Shown here: piece by piece, positions 26,190 to 38,860 of the stretch
Layout of the letters: each line of letters begins with the position of its first letter
How positions within the stretch are numbered: the stretch's first letter is position 1
Assembly (NCBI GenBank): GCA_013239625.1
Contig: MU054187.1
Span: 20,773,280-20,837,279 of the forward strand
Direction: 5' to 3'
Length of the DNA: 64,000 nucleotides
DNA from: Lama guanicoe
Taxonomy: Eukaryota
Notes under the pieces: model-generated
Database searches by the model: none
The model's input: the letters and a program-made list of their open reading frames with translations, nothing else
Told to the model about the DNA's origin: nothing
Program-made: the position numbers and the translations under genes

Positions 26190-29100
26190 GATCCTCCTCA
26201 CTAAGTGAGAATCTACTACAACAGATAAAAATCAAGAGGACTGTGAAAGGTGAGAAGAGAAAATTGGATAAAGACTTCAGGGACAAATCCCAAGGTGGCT
26301 GTGGTTTTATTTGTTTCGTTTCTCTTTGTTTTGTTCTTGGATCTCCCATATCTAATGAGTTGACTGGTAGGGAAGCCTGCGACTCTGAACCACAAAGAGG
26401 CACAAACCAAAAAAAATAATAAAAGCCCAAAGGAAAACCTACTCTCTTGAAACCAAGGGTGGGGAAAGGGGCAGGCTAGCAGGATCAAAAGCTTTGTGAT
26501 GATACAGGTCCTCCTCCATCCAAATACCGCACACGATCATCCTTCCACCCTCCAGAGTGGCAGTGGAGAGAAGTGGTATTGGGTGGCCCAGCCAGCATTC
26601 TTCTTTCCCTTTGGAGTGGTGCCAGCAGAGGGAGCATGTGGGGTAGGGAGCCCAGAGTTCCAATTACATTCCTGTGATGGCAAGTTGCAACCATCTTCAC
26701 CCCGATGAAGCGCTGACCTCAGAAAAGAGGAAATTAAAGAAAGTGTTTCTAGAACTACCATATGACCTAACTAAACCACTTCTATTTCTCTGAAGAACAG
26801 AAAACACTAATTCAAAAAGATATCTACACCCTTATGTTCACTGCAGCATTATTTATAATAGTCAAGTATCCATGGGTGAATGAATGCATAAAGAAAACTT
26901 GGCATATGTATATGTATATATGTACATATATATATATATAAAATGGAATATTATTCAGCCATAAAAAGAATGAAATCCTGCCATTTGTGACACTATGAAT
27001 GAAACTTGAGAGTATCATGCTAAGGAAAATAAGTCAGACCGAGAAAGACAAATACCGTATGATTTCACTCATATGTGGAATGCTTTTAAAAAATAGAAAA
27101 AAATTGAACAAAGAAAATAAAACACAAACTCACAGATACAGGGAATAGATTACTAGTTACCAGAGAGGAAAGGGAGGTTGAGGAGTGGGAAAAATAAAGG
27201 GTGTCAACTGTAGGGTGATGGATGGTAACTAGAGTTGTGGTGGTGAGCACTCTGTAGTGTATACAGATGTTGAACTACAGTGCTGTACAATTGAATCTTA
27301 CATCATTAAAAACAAAAAAGAAAGAAAGAGATTCTTCAAACCTGCTAAAGAAGTCCTAGGCAGATCCCTGACTAACCTACCAGTGACATTGACTAGAATC
27401 AACAGCACTCAGATTCTCAGAGTCACCTCCCATCACCACACAGCAAATGAGACAGACCAGAAAAGCACTTTGCAAGGGCTCTGACAACTAAACTGTCATT
27501 AGAACCACAGCTCATAAAGTAGGCCAGGACTTGTGCGTTAAACTTAAACAAGGTGACTCCCTGCTAAAACAGAATATTGAAATAAAATGTAGACTCTCAT
27601 AATATAACCCAAATAGGATATATCTGAAATCACTCATCATACAAAGAAAGGAAAATCACAATTGTCTTTCCCACAACCAGGCAAGATAATTACCAGATAC
27701 CAACACTGAGATGACTCAGATGATAAAGTTATCTGACAACGATTTTAAAATAGCCATCACAAAAGTGCTTCAGGGAAACAGATGGAACAGAGAGAAACAA
27801 ATAATAAAATGGTAAGATAATCACTAATACACCAATTTGATTGGTCTAAATATACCAATTAAAAATATTTACCGAGTAGATTTTTAAAAATGTGATACAA
27901 TTATGCACTATCTTTAAGAAACTCATGTCAAATATAAAGACATAGTGTAAGTTAGTCAAGAGTACAAAAATGGGGAAAGAACTTCCATGCAACAAACAGG
28001 AGAAGGACGAGAAGGACGAGAAGGAAAAGAAGAGACACCTGGTAGAGCTGCAAGGAGAAATGGAGAAATCCACAACTATAGTGATGTCTTCGATAACCTG
28101 CTTTCAATTGAAACAACTACTTGACAGAAAATCTGCAAAGATAAAAAGGAACTCAAGAATATCATCAACCAACATGACTTAATAGACATTACAGAATATT
28201 CCACCTTAAAACAGCAGAATACACCTTCTTCTCAAGATCATAAAGAACATTCACAGAGATGGATGACATTCTGGGCAATGAAACACACCTAAACAAATTT
28301 AGAAGAACTGAAATCATACAAAATGTGTTCTCAAAAACTGGAGCACATCAGATTAGATTAAAAAAAAAAATAAAACAGCAACTGAAGATGCTTAAGATTG
28401 ATAGTCACTAACCAAACTAACCAGAAAAAAAAAGAAAAAAGAAAAAGAAAAAGATACAAATTACCTACATAGGGAATGGGAGAAGTGATATGATCACAGA
28501 TTGTGCACATATTAAAAGGATAATGAAGTAATACTATGAAAAGTTTCAGGGGATAATGAAATGGATACAGCCTTGAAAGACACAAATTTCCAAAATAATA
28601 GTTCTATGTCTATCAAATGAATTAAGTTTGCATTTCAAAATATTCCCACAGAGAAAATTCCAGCACCAAATTTCTCCACTGTGGAATTCTACCAAATATT
28701 TCTAGAAAAGTTATGAGGATATGATACTACCCAACTTATTTTATAGGACAGTTAAATATCCATATGCAAAAAAAAGTGTTGATACATTCCTCACACCATG
28801 TGCCAAAATTAAATAATTGACCCTAAACCCAAATATAAAAACTAAGTCTATAAAATTACTGGAAGGAAAGAGATCAGAAAACCTTTTTCGACCAAATATT
28901 TTTCAGAGACAACACCAAATACATGATCCAGAAGAGAATATATTGAAAAACTGAACTTACACAAAATTAAGAACTATTTTTTGAAAACTCCTATTAAAAG
29001 AACGAAAAGACAAGCTACAGATTGAAAGAAGATATTTTCAGATTACAAATTTCATAAAGATGTCATGTCCTGAATATATACAGGATTCTTAAAACTCAAT

Positions 29101-29987
29101 AATAAGAAAATAAACTACCCAAATTTAAAAATTACCAAAGTATCTGAACAGATACTTCATTGATAATATATGGATCGCAAGTAATCACAGGAAAAAGATA
29201 ATCAGCATCATTAGTCATTAGGAAAATGCACGTTAAAATAGTAAGATACTACTGCACACTATTTGAATGTCTAAGATCAAAAAGACTGAGTAAACTATGG
29301 AGCAAATGAAACTCTTGTACAGCACTGGTGGTAATGTAAAATGGTGCAACCACTTTGGAAAATAGTCTGGTCTGGGAGTTTGTTAAAATGTTAAACATAT
29401 ATCAACCATGTAACCCTGATACTCCACTGCTAGATATTTACCTAAGGAAAATGGAAGTACATGCTTTTACAAAAAGTTGAATACGAATGTTCAGAGTAGG
29501 TATATGTGTAATAACAACAACAACAAAAAAACCCTGGAAGCAGTTCAAATGTTCATCAACAGGTTAATGGATAAATAAAGTGTGATCGACTCATATGAAG
29601 GAATACTACTCAGCGATATAAAGGAATGTTTTATTGTTATACTTATCAATAAAAACAAAACTCAAAAAAAAATTCTGAGTGAAATAACCTAGACAAGAAA
29701 GAGTAAATATTTTATGATTATGATTCTTTAAAATTCTAAACAAGGAAACAAATATACAGTGACAGAACACAGATAAGTGGTTACTAAGGGATATGACAGA
29801 AAAGGGGAAGGGAGGGAAGATTTCAAAAGGGCATAAGGAATTTTGGAAGGTGATAAATCTGCCCATTATCTTGATTGCGATGTTGATTTCATAGGTCTAC
29901 CTTTGTAAAAACATCGAATTTTACACTTTAAATACATGTAGTTTATTACATGTCAATTATATAACCATAAAATGTTTATTAAAAAAA
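26190..29987 (+). mobile_element. Old, internally deleted L1 (L1MC/L1MD-like): 5' region, ORF2 endonuclease remnant and 3' end
   Basis: EN-domain remnant 28050-28330 ('aaaacagcagaatacaccttcttctcaag...aaacaaatttagaagaactgaaatcatacaaaatgtgttctc'). ORF2 C-terminal remnants 28750-29650. 3' end 'catgtcaattatataaccataaa' plus A tail. Confidence 0.8.
26751..27320 (+). mobile_element. Younger 5'-truncated L1 3' end nested in the old L1
   Basis: 'agaactaccatatgacc...atgttcactgcagcattattt...gaatgaaatcctgccatttgtgac'. TSD aaagaaagtgtttct (26736-26750) / aaagaaagagattct (27321-27335). Confidence 0.88.
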
Positions 29988-31291
29988 GTTGTACAGTAAA
30001 ATTTCAAGTATGTAGAGATCAGATTAAGGCAGGGCAATTTGATACATAACAGATGGTGCAAGTCTTTCAACACCGAGCTAAAGGTTACTGTGCTGGATCA
30101 ACATCACACATTGAAATAGAAGTGTCACGGAATGCCGGTGAGATTCAGGCATGGCAGATAACTGCAGTAAGTCTCAGCAAAGAACAGCTGAGGCCCCGAG
30201 GCTGTTGATGCCAGGTTGTCAAGGTCTAGTGAAAAGCTTGAGTTAGTTTCACATCAATGTCGTTATTCAGCATGAAAGAGCGCACACTCAATTCCCACCA
30301 ACCCACTTCTCTCTCCTATCCAATTATTAAACCTCTTCTAGGAAGGATTCATCTTTATTACTCCTGGATTTAAGGTTTTTTTTTTTTAACGTATGCTGTT
30401 TAACTAACGTGCTTACTATTTGTTGAAAATTAGCATTTTATTTTAATTGGTAATTAATTCCAAGTTGAACAAAACCTGAACTTTTATTTAACAAACTTGT
30501 TTAAAGAAAAAGTTTTTTTTTTTCTTTTTTCTTTTTTACCTTTTATACAGATGTTACTCTAGGCACTTATGCTGAGAAAGAACTTCACAAATGAGAAATG
30601 ACATTACGGTGTTTGGAAAAGTTATAGACCAGCCAAACACTTTTAAAGTGATAAGGCCTTAACCCCATTAAAAATTGATTCTTTTAAAGACAGCTGCTTT
30701 GAGAATATATAAGCACCCTTGGATGATGGAACTGCTGTCTTAAACACTTCCCTTCCATCTGTGTATAATAGAGATGTATTGATTGCTCCTTGTCATCTAT
30801 ATTTTTGATGACCTCTTCGCAACCAACAGGATGGCACAGTACCACTTTCAACACTATTCCTACCAACATCATTAAATCAGCCTACAAAACGGGCTTGGCT
30901 CCTGGGAGAGAGGATAACTTCATCGGAAAAGACAAGGGCAACTCGGAGACATGACTTCAATGTACAGAAACATCTGTTACAAAGACAGAGCAACAAATAC
31001 CCTAACGACATATACTCTTTTATATCATATATAATATCACTAACATGCTTGGAAGTCATAATTACAGATTTCAATTTCTCTTTATCTTCCTGGATTCTGA
31101 GAAGCTTTCTTTAAAATTGAAAAGCAAACTAGGTAATCAGTACAATGGAGGAAAAATGTAAGAATAATCAAAACAAAAATGAAGAATGATAAGAACCAAC
31201 TTAAGTGGAAGAAAGTGGGATGCTTAAATTAGGGAACAAAACTCACTCTCAGGAGCTCAGCGTGGTGATAGCACCCTCCACTTGGAGTTCT

Positions 31292-31633
31292 TTTTTTTTT
31301 TTTTCAACACTTTTGTGGTATCATTCCTGTACAGTAAACCACACATATTTCAGAGGTACAATTTGATGAGTTTTGATGGATGTTAACAACGATGAAACCA
31401 CCACCACAATCAAGATAGATAGCTAACATTTCCATCACTCCCCAAGAGGTGCAAATTTCGAATTCCCAACTTATCCCTTCCCACCCCCTTTACCCTCTGG
31501 TAACCATACATTTGTTCTCTATGTCTGTGAATCTGTTTCTGTTTTGTAGGTAAGTTCATTCGTGGGTTTTTGTTTTTGTTTTTGTTTTTGTTTTAGTTTC
31601 CACATATAAACAATATCATATGGTATTTTTCTT
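31292..31633 (-). mobile_element. Chimeric L1-derived retro-insertion with poly(A), inside a MIR
   Basis: Perfect 15-bp TSD TCCACTTGGAGTTCT (31277-31291, 31634-31648) and poly-T at the left end. The insert appears to contain two different L1 3'UTR types. Confidence 0.88.
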
Positions 31634-33619
31634 TCCACTTGGAGTTCTAAGGTTACTAACTGTGAGCACTATCTAAATGTGCTCCTTAACCCTTAAGCGT
31701 CTTGTCTACAAAATGGAAAGTGTGTGTATATAATGCATTATGCTTTCATGCAGATCAAAATAAGAAAAATGTGAAATATAAGTACTATTGAGTTTTATAA
31801 ATAGGAGGCATTATCATATGACAAATATCAAGGATTTAAGGTCTCACATATCAACAATCTTGATATAGAACCATGCAACTCTCTCTATAAATCTCTAGTT
31901 ATTAGTAATGAAAAGTTCAATTGTTACCTTTCAATTCAAGGACCATTATATGACAAACTCCTCTTTTCCTGAAAATGAGTGGAGTAGTAGCTGCAGAATT
32001 TCTATATAGGAAACCCTTGGTAGAGAGAAACTGCTGAGAATATAGTTGGAAAGCAGGGGCTAGACTTGTCTTGATCCCAAACCTTCATAGCACATATTTG
32101 AGCCCTAATTAAAACACGTTTATTTTGAGTTGATATGGTTATCCAAAGGTGGCTTTAGATGGTTGGGTATGTAGACCCTGGTGGAGATCGCGGTCATATG
32201 TCAGTTGAAATCTTCCAATTCCCCTGTGTTTTCCTCCACCCAACCTCATCCCAGAAACACACCAAATACTCTGGTGAGACTAGTGATCAAGAGTCCAGTC
32301 AGCACATGGGCTATGGATACAAAGACCACAATGTTCAAGACTTCAGGATATTATTTTTTTTTTTTGCTTTTAATGGCAGTATACCTTTCAAAAAAAATCC
32401 AAGCTTTTATTTCTCTATTCTCCACTCTTCAATGATCTAAATTTATTTTGATTTTTAGCAAGGACGAGAAAATCAGATTAACAATAAGCATTGCTTTAGC
32501 TCCTGCACCAATTCATCATGAGGCATTCCTTATATCAGTCAAATGCAATTAGAATTATTACTCACAGTTAGGTTTCTCTAAAGACTTCAATTATTCCATA
32601 GATTATCCCCCCAAAAAATGCTCATCATTTTACTGGCAGAGTCCCTTAAATGATTCAATCAATGGAACGAATCATTAGTGGTGATTATGATAACCCACAA
32701 TTTAGAACATAAAGTTGAAGAACAACTTTCTAAAAGTTCTCAGAAAATAGAATGTGATACAATACAATTGGAAGACATTTAAATATGTCCTTTTGTCAGC
32801 TAACTATACAAAGTGTGTGTATGTGGGGGTAGAATATGGGGCACACCGTTCACAATAACAGTTTAGTTATGTCAGGTTTGAATTTGAAGTAAATTATTTC
32901 ATCTTTAATGGTGGCAAGTATATCTTTATATACGATATACCTTCTTTCTCTTCCTTCCTTCCTCCAGGCTTTTCAAAGAGAAAAAAGCAGCCCTCCCAAT
33001 GTAGATTGCATGATCCTTCAAATTCTAAATTTCAGAGGCTGAAGAAATAAAATTACTTTTGGTTTCAATTCCTAAAAATGCTTACTATACCTACAGTTCT
33101 AAAATGTGGTCCCAATCACTGCCAAAAATGCAAATAAGAGTAATTTTACATTATATGTTCCTTTTTAAAAATTTAAGCTATACTGCATATTTAAAAGAGA
33201 TTGACTCTATATTCCCAAGTTATATTTTAATCTATTTCCTCATAGTCAATCTCTCTACCATGCACTCAGCACTACCACTAGGACCTCATCTGTATACAGT
33301 TCTTGCCATTTCCTGAACACACCCTTTGCCCAAAGCTATTTCTCATTTTTTTTGTATTATTACTTCTGCTGCTACTATCTTATATTTACACAGCACTTAA
33401 AGTTTACTAATTCTCTTTAAGATAGGAGGAAATTAGGGATCAGAGACATTAAATAAATTTCTTAGAATTCCAGCGTAGGCAAGAGACTGGGTCACGTTCA
33501 AACATAAGTTTGTTGTTTTGTTATGTAATTCCAACTCAGTGAATTGGAAGTCAGTGAATCAATTTTCCAAGAAATATCCCCATAGACTTCCATGGGAATG
33601 AATCTCCTCTGACTTTCTC

Positions 33620-33920
33620 AAAGGATAATGGTATGTGAAGGAGATGGACTTTGTTTACATGTAAGGACTATAAGAGAACTAAAATACATAATGTAAAAAC
33701 AGAATATACTAACTTACTATGTTGGAAATCAAGATAATGGGTACCCTTGTGGGCTTAAGTAGGATAGGGTGACACATGAGAGCTTCTGGATCTTTAGTAA
33801 TATTCAGTTTTTTGATCTGGGTGTATATTACACTGATGTTTTCAATTTCTAAAATTTCCTAGAGTTGAGCAATTAGAATGTGCACTTTTCTATATGTATG
33901 CTATATATTATTTTTAAATA
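33620..33920 (+). mobile_element. Old L1 (L1MC/ME) 3' end
   Basis: 'ggaaatcaagataatgggtaccctt...gagcttctgg...aatattcagttttttgatctgggtg...tgtgcacttttctatatgtatgctata'. Confidence 0.75.
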
Positions 33921-33927
33921 GACATAG

Positions 33928-35246
33928 TGTATATTCACTAGTTGTTATATTTTTTAGATTTCACATATAAGTGATAAAATACAGTCTTTGCCTTCCTCTG
34001 TCTGAATTATCTCACTTACCATAATGCCCTCCAAGTCCATCCATGTTGCTGCAAATGACAGAATTTTATTCTTTTTATGGCTGAGCACTGTCCTATTATG
34101 TATTATATGTATATGCACTCCACTCATTCTTTATCTATTCATCTGTTGATGGACACCTAGGTTGCTTCCATATCCTGGCAATTCTAAGTAATGCTGCTAT
34201 GAACACTGCAGTGTGTGTAATCTTTCAAATTAGTGTTTCTGTTTTTTTCGGATATATATCCAGGAGTGGAACTGCTGGGTCATATGGTAGTTCTATTTTT
34301 AGTGTTTTGGGAAACCTTTATACTGTTTTCCACAGTGGCTTCACCAATTTACATTCCCACCAAGTGTGTACGAGGGTTCCCTTTTCTCCACAACGTCTCC
34401 AACATTTGCTATTTGTGGTCTTTTTGACGATTGTCATTCTGACAGGTGTGAGGTGGTAGCTCATTGTGGTTTGACTTGCCTTTCCTTGATGATTAGTGAT
34501 GCTGAGCATCTTTCCATGTGCCTGTTGCCCACATTCATTCTCTCTTTGGAAAAATGTCTGTACAGTTCTTCTGCTCATTTTTCAATCGGATTGGGTTTTT
34601 TGATGTTAAGCTGTATGAGATGTTTATATATGTTGGATATTATCCCCTTATCAATTATATCATCTACAAATATTGCCTCCCATTCAGTAAGTTGTCTTTT
34701 CATTTGTCAGCTGTTTCCTTTGCTGTGCAAAAGCTTTTAAGTTTCATTAGTTCTCATTCGTTTATTTTTGCTTTTATTTCCTTTGCTTTAGAAAGTAGAT
34801 GTGAAAAAATATTGCTGCAACTTATGTAAAAGAGAGTTCTCCCTTGTTTTCCTCTAGGAGTTTTATAGTATTCAGGCTTACACTTAGGTCTTTAATCCAT
34901 TTGGAGTTTATTTCTGTGCACGGTGTTAGAGAATGTTCTAATTCCATTGTTTTACACGTAGCTGCCCAGATTTCCCAGCACCACTTACTGAAGAGACTGT
35001 TTTTCCTCCGTTGCATATTCTTGCGTCATTTGTCATAGATTAATTGACCATAAGTGCATGGGTTTACTTCTGAGTTCTTTATCCTGTTTGACTGGTGTCT
35101 CTTTTGCATCTGTTTTTGTAACAGTAACATGGTGTTTTGATTACTGTGGCTTTATTGTATAGTTGGAATTCAAGGAGTGTGATTCTCCCAGCTCTGTTCT
35201 TCTTTCTCAAGATTGTTTTGGCTATTTTGGGTCTTTTGTATTTCCA
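33928..35246 (-). mobile_element. L1 ORF2 3' part plus start of 3'UTR (inverted segment of a twin-primed insertion)
   Basis: Minus-strand ORFs give L1 ORF2 remnants: '[13 protein letters not shown]...[28 protein letters not shown]', '[14 protein letters not shown]...NSKWIKDL', 'WKYKRPKIAKTILRKKNRAG.ITL.F.LY.KATVIKT'. Confidence 0.95.
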
Positions 35247-35466
35247 AAGAAATTGAAGCAGACTCACAGATATAGAGAAAAAACTAGTGGTTGCCAGCAG
35301 TGTGGAGGGGTGAGGGGGCAGTGTGAGGTACAAACTTTTGGGTGTAAGCTGGGTTCCAAGGATATATTATACAACGTGGGGAATATAGCCAATATCTTTA
35401 ATCACTGTAAATGGAGTGTAACCTTTAAAATGTATAAAAATAAAAATTAAAGCTAAACTAAAAAAG
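35247..35466 (+). mobile_element. L1 3'UTR terminus plus A tail (non-inverted segment of the same insertion)
   Basis: 'agcagactcacagatatagagaaaaaactagtggttgccag...gggaatatagccaata..gtaaatggagtgtaacctttaaaatgtataaaaataaaaa'. Confidence 0.9.
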
Positions 35467-36898
35467 AAATAACATCAATTTTCCTTTCAAAGGGAATTAA
35501 AACCAAATATTAAATTATTTTACTTTGTGAATTCAGAGAGATTAGAAGCTAAAATCCACTCACAAAAATAAAAATAAAAAGATAACGGTGTATGAAAAAC
35601 TCTCAAGAGACAGCTTGACAATACAAAGCATTCTATTCATATTGGTTGTTAGTAATATTAATATTTTCATTATCATTGTTAAAATCCTTGTTGTATAGGG
35701 ATGGGTATTTTAGTTCACAGATAAGGAAACTAATACTTTGAGTGATTAAGTAAATCTCATCCAGCTAATGACTAATAGAGCTGATACTCCATCCAGGCAG
35801 TATCCTTCACCACTCACTTCTATTCTGATCAATTAAACCTGCAGTGTAAGTGAGCACTGCCCACAGATGGCTCAGATAAGTGTTCACTAGACATATACTT
35901 AGTGCCTTCACTAATCCTTCAGCCCTGAAGCAGAATGTTTTAGTCATTTTTCTGCTCTGCCCTACGAGCTTACATGCTTTTCATATTGTACTGTTTTCAG
36001 AAAAACATGAGTGTGTGTACACACACACACACAATTTTAAAGAACAATATAGATATCTAAAGTGAGACAATATAGATGTTGAATCAAGAGTGTGCACGTT
36101 ACCACATCATTTTTGTATTCTCAAGCAAATAATTACTTACCTTAATTAAATTAAATTTTGAAAATGAACTCCTTAGCAGCTGACTGAAAAATCCCTGTAA
36201 GGTACATAACTCAATCCTCCATTTTCCTAAATTCAAATGTTGATCTATGTGGTATTTTAATAAAATGCCCTTCTTGATATACACTTCAAAAGAAGTACAA
36301 TATTACTCCATAAACTTCCAGCTTTGGGAAGAAGGTGAGGCAAAAAACATGAATAAATAATTCTCCTATATATTAGATTCCTTTAAGGAGTAGAGAAATT
36401 TACAAACATTGGAAATCTTTGCAAAAAGCTATGTTTTTTTATTTCATAAAATAAATAGGCTAAAAAATATTTTATTGTTCTTCCTTAGAACAGTAGAAGA
36501 GTCACGTGGGTTCCTTTGTGATTTTGTCCACGTAGTGGTGTAATTGTGTAGTTGTTGAGAAATGTTCTGTTTAAATTTGAAATATCTTATTCCAAAGGTA
36601 TAAGAGAACAGGGAAACAATAAGATTTCCCCTTCTCATTTATTACTGCAAGCACAATGAAACCATATCATTCAGTCTTAACCAAAGACACTAAGCTGATT
36701 TATAAAGAATTTGTTAGCAAGGGCTGTGAAATTAAAATATTATTGTCATAATATTCAGAATGCTTAATACTTTCAAGGAAGCCTAGGTGTTTCTATGCAG
36801 CAAACTGGAAAATTGTATAGTTGTTATAAGAATGATTCTACCAGTTCTCCAAATCTTTATCTTTGCCAGCCATAGGAAGTAAGATTTAGGATGACTAA

Positions 36899-36913
36899 AC
36901 ACACACACACACA

Positions 36914-36945
<32 letters not shown>
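36899..36945. repeat. (CA)n microsatellite with one interruption
   Basis: Direct reading. Confidence 0.95.
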
Positions 36946-36948
<3 letters not shown>

Positions 36949-37579
36949 CCAATATGCTCTTAGACTGCATTTCTGACTTCATATAAAATATCTTTTTTGA
37001 AAAGATATTTTCAAAATATCTTTTGTATGACTGTTAGGAAGAAGTTATGTCATAGAAAACATAAGAAAGATGGGAGACAGAGTTTCAGGGGAGTAGACAG
37101 TTGTTTTTAAATGACAGGTCCTATAACATTGGTTCACTGAAAAAAAAAAAGACCAAGAAACCTAAAGAATAATTATGTCTACTATTTATTTTTAAGTTAT
37201 TTCCTACTATTTTCTTGGCTGGGTGCATCTCACATCCCAAGACCAATCTTTGTCTTTTTTCAAAAACCTTACAAAAATTTGTCTCAAAAGGAATAAGAAG
37301 TGTGAATTCAAAAAAAGGTGAAAGGATCCCCAGTAGATTTGTGAAATGACGAGTGGAAATTAAAAGTGGAAAAAAAACAAATGTTTCTGTAAGAATTTAG
37401 CATGGCCAAAGGAACATGGCTCCCCCAAGCCTTCCTCGGTATTCATTTGTACTAGGAACCCTTCTGAGTTTCTCAAAGACCTGGAATGAAGTTTGAATAT
37501 TTCCATTTAAACAACAACAACAACAACAAAGTGACCCTTTTGCCCTGATAGTTGGCAAACTTGGGAAAACTTGATGTTA

Positions 37580-38190
37580 AGGGAATGGAGCTTGGGATTT
37601 GGAAGTTGACAGGTCGACATTTTATTCTTAGCTCTGATAGTTACTGGCTGTGAGATTTGTGACAAGTCCCTTGAACCTGACTTAGTGTGATCTCATAACA
37701 ATAATTATTCCCAGCATTCAGGATTCAGGATTAATTATCCCTATCATTCAGTAAAAATAATAATATTTAGAATATCTGAAATACTTAAAATTCTCCAGAT
37801 ACGGTTTTAAGTCTTTTACATGCATTACTTCATTTAATATTCACAAGAACCTAAGGACATAGGTAGCAGTTTTTTTCTCCACTGTGTAGGTGAGAGAAGT
37901 AATTAACAGAGAGGCCAAAAATGAGATGACATAGTTAGCAAGGGGAGAAACCTGCATTACAACTCATTAGTCTGGTTTCAGAACTCGTGTGCTTAAGTAC
38001 TTGGCTCTCCTGCCATTAATGTGTTAACAATAGATGAAACATTTCAAAATAGTAGATGCTAAATAAATGATGGCTAGCTTCATTACATGCCAGACACTAT
38101 CTTAATATCTGTCACTTAGAAAAGTGTCTGGCACATAATAGGCCCCTCTCATGTTGAATGTACAGATGAATTAATGAGTTATGAATTAAT
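37580..38190. mobile_element. Nested MIR(+)/MIR(-) and L2 tail
   Basis: 'tagctctgatagttactggctgtga...acaagtcccttgaacct', 'catttaatattcacaagaaccta', 'gtgtctggcacataatagg...tgttgaatg'. Confidence 0.7.
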
Positions 38191-38754
38191 GCATTTCAAT
38201 TAAACATTGAACCTGCTAATATTTTAAATTTAATAAAGTCCCTCGGAAGAAATTTTCAGTGAAAAATATTAGTGGCTTTTAATTAAAATATGAAGTCTGT
38301 ATAAAAAAACTAGCATTTTATAATAATTCAGGAATTTGAGACATTTTATACATTAAAGTAAATTTGCATGTTTTTATCACAATATCATTATGAATTTTAA
38401 TGCCCTTGGGCAAACCTTTCTTCATACATTGTGCAAAAGTCAGTATCAGCCAGCTTTCATGCAAATAACAATAAATTTTGACTTAAGTGGCTCAAAATGA
38501 AAGAATTCCACTTATATGTGCAAGTTGTTCTTTTATGGTATGCATGCACATAGTACATGCACACCTACACAAATGGCCGTGCTCGCTATAGCAAAATATT
38601 AGTTGTTTGTGTAAATTTTACTTCTTTCTCTGGTACCACGAGGGATTGCTTGGTTGAGAGTACAATTTGTTTAAAGAAAACATTTAGTTCTCATAGTTTC
38701 CTTTTGCTATTGGAGAGAACAGTGTTACTCTGGAATTAGAGATAAACACTAGTT

Positions 38755-38860
38755 GTTTTAATTAGATTTATTTATTATTTTTAGAGGGGTACTAGGGATC
38801 AAACCCAGGACCTCGTGCATGCTAGGCATGTGCCCTACCACTTGAGCTATACCCTCTCCT
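38755..38860 (-). mobile_element. tRNA-Ala-derived camelid SINE (Vic-1-like)
   Basis: Reverse 'GGAGAGGGTATAGCTCAAGTGGTAGGGCACATGCCTAGCATGCACGAGGTCCTGGGTTTGATCCCTAGTACC'. TSD gagataaacact(a/g)gtt at 38739-38754 and 38861-38876. Confidence 0.93.
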
